Below are positions 40,382-52,505 of a stretch of DNA of 64,000 nucleotides, one piece after another. The translations under genes were made by a program, and so were the position numbers. The stretch is from NCBI GenBank assembly GCA_965112155.1, contig OZ218099.1. The stretch is one strand, 5' to 3'. Under the pieces are notes generated by a model. It did not search any database, was not told the DNA's origin, and was given only the letters and a program-made list of their open reading frames with translations. The DNA comes from Podarcis liolepis (lineage: Eukaryota). The stretch's first letter is position 1; the number at the start of each line of letters is the position of its first letter.

Positions 40382-40483
40382 CTTTGAGGGTCTTCTTGAG
40401 ATGAGACAAGAGTCCCCCAAGTCGCTGGAGGTCAAAGTAATCCACCTTCCCATTATAGAAGAGCTGAGGGGGGACATATGCAT
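40382..40483 (-). CDS. RNF123: RNF123 exon 21 (GC donor)
   Basis: [34 protein letters not shown]; donor AAG|GCAAGT; 102 nt. Confidence 0.92.
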
Positions 40484-40945
40484 CTGTGGGGAAAGATGTT
40501 TTATATGCATTTACGGAGAAGGCCAAAGAAAGCTAATCTTCAATGAGTGCAAATAATCAGGGCCACAGTTACAAGACATCCACCTGCCCTAGCCAACTCT
40601 CCCTCTGGTATAAGGGGGAAGAGAAGTCAACAGAGCACTGAAAATTGATACTGAACAAAGAAAGCTAAAATGCATTCACACATAGCCCCTTTGCGGGGCT
40701 ATGGCAAGGCAAGCATTCTGATGAAGATGACTTTCTTCTCTGCTACATGTCTGCACAACAGTGAGGACTAGGTCCACTTTTGGATGGGCATTGTTTCACT
40801 GTGGGATGCAAAATGTAAGAAACGTTGTCTTGAATGTCTCTAATTTTGCATTTTTGGGTGAAGAGATAGAATTTGGTTACACACAACTCCCGAAATTCCT
40901 GGATACCAAAACCAATATTCCCATTTGTGCATCTTTGGAAATTAC

Positions 40946-41066
40946 CTTCACTGCTCATTGCTAAAGAGTTCTTCATGTTGTACTCATCCCAGTAATGTTT
41001 CAAGGCCGAGATGAGTCGATGCAAGAAGCACACCATATACTCTGGAGGACACAGCACAGTCAGATT
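40946..41066 (-). CDS. RNF123: RNF123 exon 20
   Basis: [40 protein letters not shown]; 121 nt. Confidence 0.94.
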
Positions 41067-42406
41067 CTAAGGACAAAAAACGACAAGGCTCTACTGTTAA
41101 CAGCCATGCTGAACTGAGCTTCTCCATCCCCTCAGATGTGTGTGATGCACACCCTTGCCTATAGCATTCCCCAGGCAACACAGAACATTTCCAGTAACTG
41201 ACAGAGTCAATATCCATCACTGATTCTCACCTGTTTCCCAACAAGAAAGAGCAAGCACGTATCTTCCCTTCAAAGCATAGTAGCACAGTACATCAAGAAA
41301 AGAGATGATGAGGCAACCTGGTGGCCCCAAGGCATGTTAGCAAGCGCCAGTAAGCACATTTCCCTCACTGCCAGAAAAGACTGGCACTGAAACAACAGAA
41401 CACTCCCAGTCAGGAAAGAACTAAAAGTCCATGTCAGAGAGGTGACACCTTCACTTAGATTTACTGAGCGACCTTTAAGGCATGGCTGAGTGTGCTCTGC
41501 TAAGCAAGACTCAAAATGACATACTAAGAAAAATTGAATTCAGGAACCTTCAGTAAGTTATGCAAAGTTTTAATTAATTGCATAGAAATAATAATTCATT
41601 GTAGTAATGGACAGGGGCATCAAGTTCTATAGGGTGACAAAACCCTGTCCTCTGACTATTGAAAACTCTGACAGCTGCATTATCCCACTTTCCTTCAGCT
41701 TCTGTGATTTCACCATGATTTGCATTTAGGCTTCAAGACCCACTTTTAAAACCAAGACTTCTGTTCAAGAATGTGCCATCAATACAAAGTGTGTGCTAAT
41801 TCCCCACAGATACCATTTCTTTTATGAAGTTATAACTTGACTGCTCTTCCCTTCCAGGTATCTTAAGCTATTTCTTTACATTCTGTTAAAAAAGATGAGA
41901 TTCCTAGCATAATTGTTCTGCCACCAATATCCTAGGAAGGCAGTCAATGGGGAACAGAGGTATAGGGATATAAGGGGGGGGTGGAGTGTCAGAACTGAAG
42001 CCTAGCTTTGCAGAGTTGAAGAGCATTGTCTGTCAGAATGAAGAGAACTGACATTGACAGATAACAAAACCAAACTGAATAGAATGTAAGGAGTGACCGT
42101 GTGTTCGTATTGCATGAGTTGAGGGGCCTTGATAAAGAAATCATTCACTATGAACTCGACACCTTGGTAAGCCATTGATGTGTGGAAATTTCCTAATTTC
42201 TGCACAGGAAAAACAGTAGCATGGAGTCCATCAGCCCAAAATTTAAGAAGTCATTACACACTCAACAAGGCACCTATACTGTCCAAGCTGCAAACATGTC
42301 TGCAGCTACGGCTTCCGACAGATATAAGATTGTGTCCTTCTTCAGACTCTCCAACAGAAAGTGTGACAGAAGTCAAAGTGGAATGAAGATACTGTTCTCA
42401 ACTTAC

Positions 42407-42478
42407 CCCTCGGTTGCTGGCATTTTCCTGCAGAAACTTGCGGAACTTATTTAGAAAGATATATCTGGAAGCTCCTCC
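42407..42478 (-). CDS. RNF123: RNF123 exon 19
   Basis: GGASRYIFLNKFRKFLQENASNRG; 72 nt. Confidence 0.94.
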
Positions 42479-42612
42479 CTAAAACAACCAGTGTTTAAAG
42501 TCAGTTGAGTTCCATCAAGGTGAAAGAACAACCTAAAATTACAGTATTTCTTAGGTTTGCCTGAATTATGATCACTTGCTCATTTGATTTGAAATTTGCC
42601 CTTACAGGTAAG

Positions 42613-43312
42613 TCATAGAATCATAGAGTTGGAATAGACCACAAGGGCCATCGAGTCCAACCCCCTACCAAGCAGGAAACACCATCAGAGCACTCCTGAC
42701 ATATGGTTGTCAAGCCTCTGCTTAAAGACCTCCAAAGAAGGAGACTCCACCACACTCCTTGGCAGCAAATTCCACTGTCGAACAGCTCTTACTGTCAGGA
42801 AGTTCTTCCTAATGTTTAGGTGGAATCTTCTTTCTTGCAGTTTGGATCCATTGCTCCGTGTCCGCTTCTCTGGAGCAGCAGAAAACAACCTTTCTCCCTC
42901 CTCTATATGACATCCTTTTACAGTGGTGCCTCGCAAGACGAAAAGAATCCGTTCTGTGATTCTCTTCATCTAGCAGTTTTTTCGTCTTGTGAAGCAAGCC
43001 CATTGATGGATTAGCGGATTAGCGCTATTAGCGGCTTTTAGCGGCTTATCTGCTGATCGGATCAGCTGATAAGCGGCTTAGTGGCTTAGAAAAAGGGGGG
43101 GGAGGGGAAAAAACCAGCAGGAACTCGCAAGACATTGTCGTCTTGCAAAGCAAGCCCATAGGAGATTCGTTTTGCGAAGCACCTCCAAAACGGAAAACTC
43201 TTTCGTCTAGCGAGTTTTCCGTCTTGCGAGGCATTCGTCTTGCGGGGCACCACTGTATATATTTGAACATGGCTATCATATCACCCCTTAACCTCCTCTT
43301 CTCCAGGCTAAG
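42613..43312 (-). mobile_element. CR1 LINE 3' end interrupted by MITE copy 2
   Basis: catagaatcatagag tail; removing the MITE restores MIAMFKYIKGCHIEEGERLFS...VFKQRLDNHMSGVL. Confidence 0.92.
42921..43255. mobile_element. Same MITE, copy 2 (opposite orientation), inserted in a CR1
   Basis: TA-flanked, same TIRs and internal AGCGGCTT array. Confidence 0.88.
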
Positions 43313-45068
43313 TCCTTAAAGACAAGTGTATACATGTATTCTCATAACTTGCTAGACTTGCACTAAGCTGAGGGAATTGCTGTCTGCTGCTGTCTTGTTT
43401 CAAACGGCTGTTTTAAAATAAATTGGAGTTCAGTTTGAATTGTATATCTGGTTTTGTTATTACTTATTACTGCTTGTTTTATTATGAGCTGCCCTGTGGG
43501 TTCTACTGGGCCACATAGGCATTCTATAAATTGATTTTTAAAAAAGAATTCTCAAGAGCTGCAACATCAAGTGATGGCCATCACAGACCAAGAACCACAC
43601 ACAAACCTTTTCATTAGGATACACACTTCATAATGCAGTCTGCTTTGGGGTGACATCAACTGGAGCACTGTTGCACTTGTGTTTTTAAGTTAAAGAGATC
43701 CACCTCACATGATTGGTTTTGAAACATCAACGGAAGACATTTTTATTTACCCAAGAATTTACTGTTTAAAACTGAGAGGCTGAATACTTAAGCAGTAACA
43801 GTATGAGTTTCAAACTGATTTTTTTATTAAATTCTTTATATTCTAGATGCTTTGTGGTGGGTTTTGGATGGTTGATGTGTGTTGTTTCCAGCTCCTCTGG
43901 AAGTTTGGTGATTTAGAAATATCCTAAATAAATAAGTCACCAGTCATTACTTCAAAGAAAATTCCTCTTCAATGGAGGCAGCTCACATGATCAGTTGTGA
44001 GTCATTTAGTGATGAGGAGAGTGTGATATACTGCACATGCATGCATGAAACCTATCCTAAAGTCAAGTTACATAGCAGTGTTCTTTGGCTGCCTATCCTC
44101 AGAGAAGTCACCTTGTATGAATGCCCTGCTCGCCTCCATTACTAGCTTTTTTGGCTGCTGTACAGAAATCCAGTTCCCTAATCAAGAAGTCCATTCAGGA
44201 TATGTACAGTTCCACACTGCCATCATTTGGTCGCCAGTGCAAAGGAGATGTTCATAAATCATTTATCTAGGCCTTTATTAGGAGTCCCACCTAACCGCAT
44301 TAGCTCTTAGAAATTCCACTCATATTCTCAGCATTATCATTTCACACAGACTCATGAGATGCCAGGGTACTGGGCAGGAGTCATTAGCCTGTGTGCCCTG
44401 TATCCAATAAACAATGTTGTCAGGTTTAGAATTGTACCCAGTAGAGAAGATCAGCTGCTAATAGCCTAATCTGAGCAAACAGCTTCTAGTGTACAATAGT
44501 TTGAGCCTCCTCACTACATTTAATATCAGGCTATCAGAAATGAATGTGGTATTCATTTGTTACTATTACAATGATTATTTATTATACTTCTTTCCCAGCC
44601 ATCACCAGAAGGTACCAGAACTGATTTATATTGCATTATAACAATGTAAAAGGCAAGACAATTTACAATCAGAGGAAGACAGTGGGTACAACAGAATATA
44701 TAATTTAGGTGCTACATGCCAGGGTAAAGTGTTGAGTCTTCAACATATGACGAAAGCCATATAATAAAGAGTATCAGACACATCTCTGCAGGGAAGAAAT
44801 TCCATGGCTCGGGGCTGCCATGGAGAATGCCCTCTCCCGGGTTTCCACCTCCTGAACTTCCAAGTGCCAATCTTAACAAACAAAAGAGGTTTGTATGGAA
44901 GGAGACAAGTCTTCCAGATATATGGGGCCTCAGTTTTCAGGTGACTAAATCTTGTTTTATGGTGAGATGCAGGCAAGGCCCTTTGAGGATACATGACAAC
45001 CTCAAAAAGCAAGCTGCTCTCCAGTGTGACTGAAATACTCTGCAGATAATATATGCAATCATCCTTAC

Positions 45069-45130
45069 CCCACCATGGTCTTTATTGTTCAACAGCAACT
45101 TCAGTATCTGCACTTGGAGTTCCTCCACCA
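45069..45130 (-). CDS. RNF123: RNF123 exon 18
   Basis: VVEELQVQILKLLLNNKDHGG; 62 nt. Confidence 0.94.
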
Positions 45131-45656
45131 CTAAGAATAAAAAGGACCGGAAATAATAAACACTGCGTCAGGTAGCAGCCATCACCACATTGCTACAGAG
45201 AAACTGACAGTGGCCATATTCAAGCCCTGCATAGAAACTCCCAAGAAGAAACTGACTTTCCCAAATTATTATACACATCAGTTTTGTTGAGCTACACTCC
45301 CCAAGTGGCTTTGGACAGTCTTTGGAATGACAGGAGGTAAAAACATTATCAGCGGAAAACTTAGTGCTGTTTCTAAATGAAGTTACTAGTATTGCATTTG
45401 CAAGCAGGGGTGCCAATGGCACCTGTAACACAGCACTGCCCAGCTAATATTTTATAGCATTTGTTTATTCAAATATTTCAAATGTGGGTGTCTTGGCACA
45501 AAAGGCAGTATACAAATGCGATAAATTAATTAATCGTGGCATGCAATTATTTCTCCATTCTCTGTGAAAGCTGTGCTCTAGGACTGATCAATATGGCTTC
45601 ATGCCATATTCTAAATTGCCCATGAGATTTTGAACGCCACTATCCCATCCTCAGAC

Positions 45657-45756
45657 CTTCAATGCGTTTCTTGAGCCGCTGGCATCCTCTTTCATACGCT
45701 CTCCTCCTCAGTCTCTCCTCAGCAGTCTCATCTTTTATCTCTTTACTTTCTTTGCC
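45657..45756 (-). CDS. RNF123: RNF123 exon 17
   Basis: [33 protein letters not shown]; 100 nt. Confidence 0.94.
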
Positions 45757-45994
45757 CTGTGTTTAAAAGAGACGAGGTTAACAGAGTTGTTAGCAGAAGC
45801 CAAAAAGGATGGACAGGAAGGGCTGCAAATGCTCATGAACAGCTAATAAGAGAATGCAGCTGTATAAAGGTGCTAAACAAATGGTCATTTACATAAGCTA
45901 TTATGTGCAGAAAACACCTAGATAAAGCCAACATCTCTGCAGTTAAGCTAGGACAGCCCTTAAATCGACCAGCAGTGGGCGCCATATTCCTCAC

Positions 45995-46112
45995 CTCTTT
46001 GTTGAAGCGGTTTGGCCACCAAGTGGTGGGAATGAGCTCCTGTAAACCAGCCTCCTCCACACGCAAAGGACTCTTGATGTAAAAAAACACAACTGACCGG
46101 AGCACATCAAAT
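45995..46112 (-). CDS. RNF123: RNF123 exon 16
   Basis: [39 protein letters not shown]; 118 nt. Confidence 0.95.
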
Positions 46113-47448
46113 CTGCAGAGAGTTAAGGGAGTTGTGTGGTAGTTCATATAGATGCACCTGTGGGATCTATGTCACAAGCAGCATCCCTGCAATAAGTTAA
46201 GAATAACTCCACACAGGACCACGTGAAAAAAATTAGATTTCCTGAAAACAAGTCAACTCCATAGGGTACTTGGAAGCTATAATGACTGTATCGTGCAGCA
46301 AGAAGGGTATTTGGGGGGAATGAAAGAAGAGGTGAAAAACTGTGAAAGGAACGTCTGCAACTTTTTGCTTATTTTCATCAGCTTCCAATGCATGGGGACA
46401 TTGAAGCAGCTATCCACCCCACTTCCCCCATGTTAGCAATCTGCTGCTGAGACCACTTTGTGTATGTTCTCAAAGCTGTTATAGAATTTGTGCTTTTATG
46501 GTCGGTCTCGAGGGATGCTACTGAGACAGAAGCCACACCCTTCCAAATAATTTGGATAATTACAAAAGGCACATGGGGAAGGGATACAAAGGAATAATGA
46601 TCAGCTCATACATAGATGTTATTTAACTACTGTCAATGAACAGAGCATTTATCTAGCAGGGTAGGCCAGGTAGGTGTATAGTGTTGGAAGAGAGAATAAG
46701 TGAAAAATAATCCTCTGGGCATGCTGGCTGTTCCATGAATGCAGCCAGTCTACTTTTGGAGAACACTGGGATCAGATTTGAATATTAAGGGGAGAGACCC
46801 CAGCTCCGTGGCACAACAAACACTTGCCTGCAGAAGAATCCGGTTCAATCCCTGGCATTGCCAGTTAAAATATCAGGCAGCAGGTGATGGAAAAGACCCT
46901 CTGACAGCCACTGCTAGTCAGAGCAGGCAATACAAGAGTAGGCAAAAAAAGATGGTGGCAGTGGTGAAGTTAACAAGAAGCAGGGGTTATTTTGGCTAGT
47001 CTGGCTGCCTCTCTCTGGTCCCATGGCACAGAATATAGCCCAAGTTATCACGGCTATATGTTTCCCTGAAAGTGAAAGAAACTGAATCTGAATGTATGCA
47101 AAGAATGGTCGATACAGTAAAGTGTGATCTCAAGGACCTCAGAGTGAAGATGCAGCCATTTTGCCTTGGTCAAACCCTTCCTCTCCAATTTGTGCAGAGG
47201 CACTCCTGAGCTGCATCTGGTAGTAAGGAAATAGCAACACTAAGATATAGAAGCGACTAGGGCCTCTTAAATTTAGCTGCAGGTGTGTGCAGTCACAGGA
47301 AAAAAAGAAACCACCTCCTGTTACCGGGTGGTGCTTCTCTAGGGCCTACACATGAATCTTTTTGTCTGTCTGAGCAAGTTTGTACCATCAGGGGATTTGG
47401 ATGTATGTGAAAAATATTGCGTTTTTAAAAAATAATAATAAAGGATAC
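46113..47448 (-). other. RNF123: U12-type GT-AG intron
   Basis: 5'ss GTATCCTTT; branch site TCCCTTAAC directly before tctctgcAG. Confidence 0.9.
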
Positions 47449-47522
47449 AGGACATTGTGAAGCAGGTACTTCCTGGATTTCTCATGCTTCAGGATAGCAA
47501 TAGTGAGACGGAGGTAGTGAAT
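47449..47522 (-). CDS. RNF123: RNF123 exon 15
   Basis: [24 protein letters not shown]; donor GTATCCTTT; 74 nt. Confidence 0.95.
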
Positions 47523-47717
47523 CTGGATAGAGAAGAAGAAAAAAGGGAAATCAAGATAAGCTGCAGTGATATGTGAGGAAGAGCTCTTAAAACAGCATAT
47601 TTAAAATGTCTTACAACATTTGCAAAGCTGTAAGCAGTCAGCCAAAGCAGCTCCCCTCTCACTGCATGAACTTTGCTCTTAAGGGTTTCTACCGGTGTTT
47701 AACAGAATAATACTCAC

Positions 47718-47810
47718 CTGTAAGCCTAGATCAGGAACAATGGGAGAGAAGCGGTATGCCCTGAGCAGGGACATCAGCAGCTGCTTGAGGCATTCATGTA
47801 CTTCATAATC
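47718..47810 (-). CDS. RNF123: RNF123 exon 14
   Basis: [31 protein letters not shown]; 93 nt. Confidence 0.95.
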
Positions 47811-47925
47811 CTGAGGGAGGAAAGAAACACTATCTTACTCAATAGGAAAGAAGATACTGGGTCAGGGAGTTCCTCTGGAGAAAGGAAGCTCTTTCCTTGA
47901 GAGTAAAAGCACTCCAGTAGCTCAC

Positions 47926-48051
47926 CTCCATGAGAAGCCACATGAGATCCAACAACTGCTGTATAAGAGGGTGCGCTTCCACAGACCCTCCTCCTTCCAG
48001 GATGCTGAGTAGGAAGTTCATGAGCACATCTTCCACCAAGTACACTTTGCA
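47926..48051 (-). CDS. RNF123: RNF123 exon 13
   Basis: CKVYLVEDVLMNFLLSILEGGGSVEAHPLIQQLLDLMWLLME; 126 nt. Confidence 0.94.
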
Positions 48052-48419
48052 CTGCAGAAAAGAATTCATTAAAGCAGAAGACTTAACAGACTAGCTTTAT
48101 CATGATGCTGCAGCAGAGTCAAGAACAGTGAATACTCTGTGCTGCTGCAGCTCTGAGGGGGCTCACAGCAGCCGTTTCCCTAGACTACATTGAGAACTCC
48201 AAGGACAGGTTGTCCCACATCCCAACAATGTCCCTTCACGCAGGATCCACCTTCTCATTGGTTTCCAAGAGCCACTCCCCCCCCCATAATGTTGCGATTT
48301 CTTTATTATTTATAAACTATGTTTCCATTTTTTAAAAAAATACAGTAAATTAGTTCACAGCGTACAAAATTACAGTAACAGCAATAAAAACATCAATAAA
48401 TAATGGTTGGTAAAAAGAA

Positions 48420-48740
48420 ATTCACAGTGCAAAGCTCTCTCTGAATGACACCATTTTTAGACTTCTAAAAGAAGGTAGGAATGATGCCTGCCAAAGCTCA
48501 AATGGCAGGGAGTTCCACAGGGCACAGCCTTCCACACTAGAGGCTCAGTTCATAGTAAAGGCTGGCGGAACCTCGTGGTTGTGGGGAACCACAATAAGTG
48601 CCCCATCAGAGGATCTCAGTGGCCAAGGTGGAGCGTAAGGGATCAGATAGTCCTTAAGGTATTTTGGGCCCAAATTATTTAGTGTTTTGTGAATTGACAG
48701 AAGAACCTTGAACTCTGCCCAGCAGCAAACTGGCAAAAGA
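48420..48740 (-). mobile_element. L2-like LINE 3' fragment
   Basis: PVCCWAEFKVLLSIHKTLNNLGPKYLKDYLIPYAPPWPLRSS resembles the L2 ORF2 C-terminus; similar fragments near 37540-37680 and 57030-57600. Confidence 0.7.
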
Positions 48741-49795
48741 TGTTAATGATAATGATAATATAATAATAAATAATAAATGAAGTAGTAGTAGTAGTTGTTT
48801 ATTATTTATACCGCACCCATCTGGCTGGGATCCTTTGCTTGCTGGTTAATCTACTCAAAAGGAGTGAAGTGCACAGATGCACAGGACAGACTGCAGCACT
48901 CGCTGTATGTGAGCACTGGAGTTGGAAATGCTGGTGCTCGGTGGCAGTGCACATGCTTTGCATGCAAAAGATGCCACATTCAATCCCTGGTGTCTCTAGG
49001 TAGAGATGGCACAGATTTCTGTCTTTAACGGCTGAGCAATGCTGCCCATCAGTGGGGAGCCTTTTTCATCCCGAGGGTCACATTCCACCTTGGCCAATGC
49101 TTTGTGGGCTACATACCAGCAGTGAGCACAGCCAAAGCAAGAATGGGTGTGGTCCAAGAGGATGCAGCTACTCAAATCTATTATATGCTCCCCTACATAT
49201 GTGTCTATACCTTCTCAACAGAAAACTATTTCTCCCCCAGCAATTAGGCCTGACCAAAGCTTTTTTGAAACCTAATTGCTAGATAGGGATGCTAGTGATC
49301 TTTGTGGAGATGGCCGCTTGAGAGAGGATGGTTAACTCCTCCTTCCCTGGCTGCACTCTCCCCCACAGCAATCAGGCTTAAAAAGAGCCTATTTGTGCCA
49401 ATGGAAGACTGCTTTCAAACTTAATTTCAGGATGGGGTGTGTATATTTGGTGGGGAGGGGATAGCAATGCATGGGGATTCTTCTGAAAATGCCCCCCAAC
49501 ACCACAATTAGACTTTTGTCTCCTATTGCCATCAACAGGAGACTTTTTTCAAGCCTAAAACTTGCAGAAGGATGGGGTTCGGGGAATGGGATGGCATCAT
49601 GGACCACTGGTTGTCCACTCCTGATGTAAATAACTGATCTAAACATTCCAATGGTGTGACCCTCTGTTAAGTCCGAGAATTTGTTGTTAAAAACTGAATT
49701 CACCGATGAGGAGGAGAAGTTCACGCTCATCTGTAACTTTGTAAACAGTGGTGGAGGATCCTGAAATACATGAAGTAACATTGGAGGAAACTCAC

Positions 49796-49900
49796 CATAA
49801 GGGGAGCAAAACTGTTAAAAATGTGTGCCAGGGTGATTAAAACAGTCGGTTCCCCCTGGAGTTGCCACGTGGAAGCCTCTCTTTCCACCAGCTTCCCTTC
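49796..49900 (-). CDS. RNF123: RNF123 exon 12
   Basis: [35 protein letters not shown]; 105 nt. Confidence 0.93.
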
Positions 49901-50434
49901 CTGAAATACATAACTCAGGGTTACACATTTTTAACAGATCCTAATTCTACAAGAGTGTTTCTTAAGCTTGAGGAAGCCCCTGGGATTCTGAGATACACCT
50001 TGGATTTGCAGAGATTGCACTAACACCATCCTAAGCCAGATTTGGCATCAGTTAGGCCAGAGGTTTTCAACCTTTTTGAGTCCATGGCTACCTTGACCAA
50101 CTACATTCTTCCTGTGGTACCCCTGTGGGGGTTTTACCTGGCACCATCTTCTTCCTTTTTCTTTTAGTACCAGGGAAACCTTATTATCTGCCCAGCACAG
50201 ACTAATTAGATTTACATTGTGCTCAAATTTTATCACTGCTTTGGTTTTGGTGTATTTTTATTTTTTTCTTCTTTGTAAGTCAGTTGAAGAGCTTTGGCTA
50301 AACAGCAGGTAATAAAAGCCCTCAACAAAATTTGAAAAATGAAATGAAATGCCCCTAACCTAATCAATCCAATGTGCAAACAGTTTTTGGCAAGGCAAGT
50401 CTGAGTAAACATAACACTGAAAAGATTATCTCAC

Positions 50435-50549
50435 CGAAACATCTATTCCAGTATGAATAACATTTTTCAGGTACCCCAACAGTTTCTGTGCTTTCGCAAG
50501 ATCTGCAGCTGGTTTGTCCTGTAAGGGCCGATATCCCTCCACTGGATAT
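50435..50549 (-). CDS. RNF123: RNF123 exon 11
   Basis: YPVEGYRPLQDKPAADLAKAQKLLGYLKNVIHTGIDVS; AC acceptor, GT donor; 115 nt. Confidence 0.92.
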
Positions 50550-51601
50550 GTATGAAATTATTAAGGATAAAAACCCCCACAGAAGGCAATCTACCCCTCC
50601 TTCAAGGAATGATCCTAAGTCCCTAGGCTTTCCTCTGCTGCCAATCCTTGCTTTCATCCACCACACCAAGCTTCTAGAATGATTGCCACATTTATTGGTA
50701 TTTCATATGCCTCCAGGTCTTGTCCCACCCTTGCAAAGCAATCTGTACCAAGCACAACATGTATTGTAAAGGAATTAAAGGGTGATCGCTGCTTTCTCAT
50801 TCAGGATGTCTTTCTTATTCACACTGACCAATAATCACCTTAATGATCATTCAAGAAGGTAGTATCTGCTGCTGGAGATCCAAACTGCCTCCTGAGAGTA
50901 CAGTGGTGCCTCGAAAGACGAAATTAATCCGTTCCGTGAGTCTCTTCGTCTTGCAGTTTTTTCGTCTTGCGAAGCACGGCTATTAGCGGCTTAGCAGCTA
51001 TTAGCGGCTTAGCGGCTATTAACGGCTTAGCGGCTTTAAGAAAAAGGAAACAAACTCACAAGAACTCGCAAGACGTTTCGTCTTGCAAAGCAAGCCCATA
51101 GGGAAATTCGTCTTGTGGAACGACTAAAAAACCGGAAAACTCTTTCGTCTTGCGCGTTTTTCGTCTTGCGAGGCATTCGTCTTGCGAGGTACCACTGTAT
51201 AACATTTCTGACATATTGACAAGAATAAGATTCAAACTTTTATTCAGGATGGCAAGAGCTTCAGCTACAGAGCTAGAGGCCCCCTGTCCAAATCTTAGAA
51301 TAACTACAAGCTGGCCTCAGACAAAGCCACTCTCAGACTGTAATAAGGATAAAAAAATAATAGTAGAATAGTAGGAATCTGCATTATGGAGGCATTGTTA
51401 GGCTTACTGAGATAAAGTATGTCAAGCATGTAGTATTTATATAGCACTTCTCCTAACTATTATTATGTTACTGAGAACCAGTGGATGGCTGGCAAGGTTT
51501 AGCATAGTTGTGGCCTGAGAAGAGAATGATACTTTTTAGATGCCAACATTGCTCGGGGAAAATATTTCTACAGTTTGGCTAAATCTATTGTCAAAGGATA
51601 T
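50550..51601 (-). other. RNF123: U12-type (minor spliceosome) AT-AC intron
   Basis: 5'ss ATATCCTTT; branch site TCCTTAAT just upstream of the terminal ...ttcatAC; frame preserved. Confidence 0.92.
50901..51197. mobile_element. Same MITE, copy 3, inside the AT-AC intron
   Basis: TA-flanked, same TIRs and internal array. Confidence 0.88.
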
Positions 51602-51727
51602 CGGAGAGGCCGGCTACCAAAGTTAAAAGCAACGGATTCCTTGAATGATAGGCTGATAGCAGGGAAATAGGCCATGCCAGAGCCTCGTGAGATGTTATCA
51701 AAAGCAGTCCCCAGAGACACACCATTC
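51602..51727 (-). CDS. RNF123: RNF123 exon 10 (SPRY), followed by AT-AC intron
   Basis: [43 protein letters not shown]; donor ATATCCTTT; 126 nt. Confidence 0.93.
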
Positions 51728-52437
51728 CTGAAAAAGAAAAGAAAGAGGGGAAGGAGACAAATCTCTAAAGTTTTGACACACCTTGCCAAGAATTCTATGC
51801 ACAAAAGACTTAGTTATCTGACGTTACACAAAGGGAGAAACAGCTTAGCGGCTTGTCTTCTGTATTATGACAAGTCAATAAAAATAAAAGCAGATTCTGA
51901 ATCCCAAGTGCAAAATTCTCCCATTGCTTTGCCTGAGGATCTTAGGAAATAGCTTCTTGTAGAGACACGTAGAAAAATATGAATTGTTGTTTCTGGAGCT
52001 CTGTTCAAGGTCCTGTTCAGCTTAAGAATTCCACGCAGTGACTCAAAGGGCTCTACAGAGCTTTCTGTGTTGTACAGCTCCACACAGTCATGTTAAAAAC
52101 AACCACTCATGTTGATTACTGCTTGTGTAGATCTAGTTTTATTTCTCTATTCATCTTTCTTGCACCCATAATAACATTGTACCAGGAATCATTCCCTATC
52201 AGCATCTAAACTCCTGTTCAGAAGTGATGCACTCCAACTTTATGAAACAATTTAGATGCTGTAAGGCAAAGGACCTTCCTTGTTGAATGCAATTTTAGTA
52301 GAGGATTATTGAGAATGAAGTAACTATTTACCCTTTAGTGGAGCTTGGTTTAAGCTCTCAATGAATATACTTAGAAGCTGAGAGGACAGAATATAGCAGA
52401 CTAGCAACATCTAGGATAGTTCTATAAGGGTGCTTAC

Positions 52438-52505
52438 AGGCAGAAAGAAATGCTTCCCTCATCCAGGTCTATCAAGCAGCTGACAATATCTCCTGCTGCC
52501 CAAGA
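52438..52505 (-). CDS. RNF123: RNF123 exon 9 (SPRY)
   Basis: [22 protein letters not shown]; 68 nt. Confidence 0.95.

Noticed and set aside
49660-49771. 11-nt repeat of the exon 12 acceptor (ctgaaatacat) and a coding-looking + frame (KSENLLLKTEFTDEEEKF)
   Set aside because: The duplicate AG is only ~35 nt from the exon 12 donor, too short for an intron; the peptide is bounded by stops and I do not recognise it
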